Virus record (IMG/VR): IMGVR_UViG_3300021400_000028
Location: 106,250-170,249 of that record
DNA length: 64,000 nt
Reading direction: 5' to 3' (one strand)
DNA from: a virus
Lineage: Duplodnaviria; Heunggongvirae; Uroviricota; Caudoviricetes
In this document: one piece after another, positions 63,992 through 64,000 of the stretch
Position numbering within the stretch: the first letter of the stretch is position 1
Layout of the letters: each line of letters begins with the position of its first letter
The notes under the pieces: generated by a model
Seen by the model: only the letters and a program-made list of their open reading frames with translations
Told to the model about the DNA's origin: nothing
Database searches by the model: none
Position numbers and translations under genes: made by a program

Positions 63992-64000
63992 ATCAATCCT

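Noticed and set aside
50413-64000. Diversity-generating retroelement or retron as an explanation for the paralogue-rich module and large ncRNA
   Set aside because: No reverse-transcriptase motifs (YxDD) in any ORF of the window, and no template/variable repeat pair with A-specific mismatches was seen
1-64000. CRISPR arrays and rRNA genes
   Set aside because: No regularly spaced direct repeats and no rRNA-like conserved stretches observed

Overview
This AT-rich window (about 30% GC, higher in the last 14 kb) reads as part of a large phage genome: essentially every supportable gene is on the minus strand, tightly packed and often overlapping as TAATG stop/start junctions. Many conserved genes carry in-frame TGA codons at positions where homologues have Trp, so the genome appears to translate TGA as sense (Trp, code-4-like). 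Genes broken this way include RNase HI (6 TGA, all at Trp positions), NrdD (3), an ATP-dependent DNA ligase, a DnaG-like primase, a DnaB-like helicase, a PolB and an RNA ligase. TAA and some TAG act as real stops. Because of this the supplied standard-code ORF track fragments many genes; I merged same-frame pieces separated only by TGA. The contents are a nucleotide-metabolism and replication module, a cluster of tRNAs (several atypical), and a GC-richer module of paralogous small genes from ~50.4 kb to the end. The nucleotide-metabolism genes are ThyX, dUTPase, NrdDG, a PurA/PurZ-like adenylosuccinate-synthetase homologue, a Nudix hydrolase, a nucleoside deoxyribosyltransferase, a HAD nucleotidase and a metallophosphoesterase. 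There is also a Pnk plus RNA-ligase tRNA-repair pair. The replication genes are PolB, a DnaB-like helicase, a primase, an SF2 helicase, SSB-like proteins, a Sak4-like ATPase, an Hjc-like resolvase, RNase H and a DNA ligase. Also present are GroEL and an SPFH protein. The most notable RNA feature is a tRNA-Leu(UAA) gene split by a ~640-nt group I intron at the canonical U34/A35 anticodon position, plus at least one more homologous group I-like element. Other candidates worth follow-up are a PurZ-like Z-base module and a radical-SAM gene followed by three paralogues with a conserved N-terminal motif. Coordinates of merged genes are approximate (a few nt up to one codon) because they were derived by hand from the sequence.
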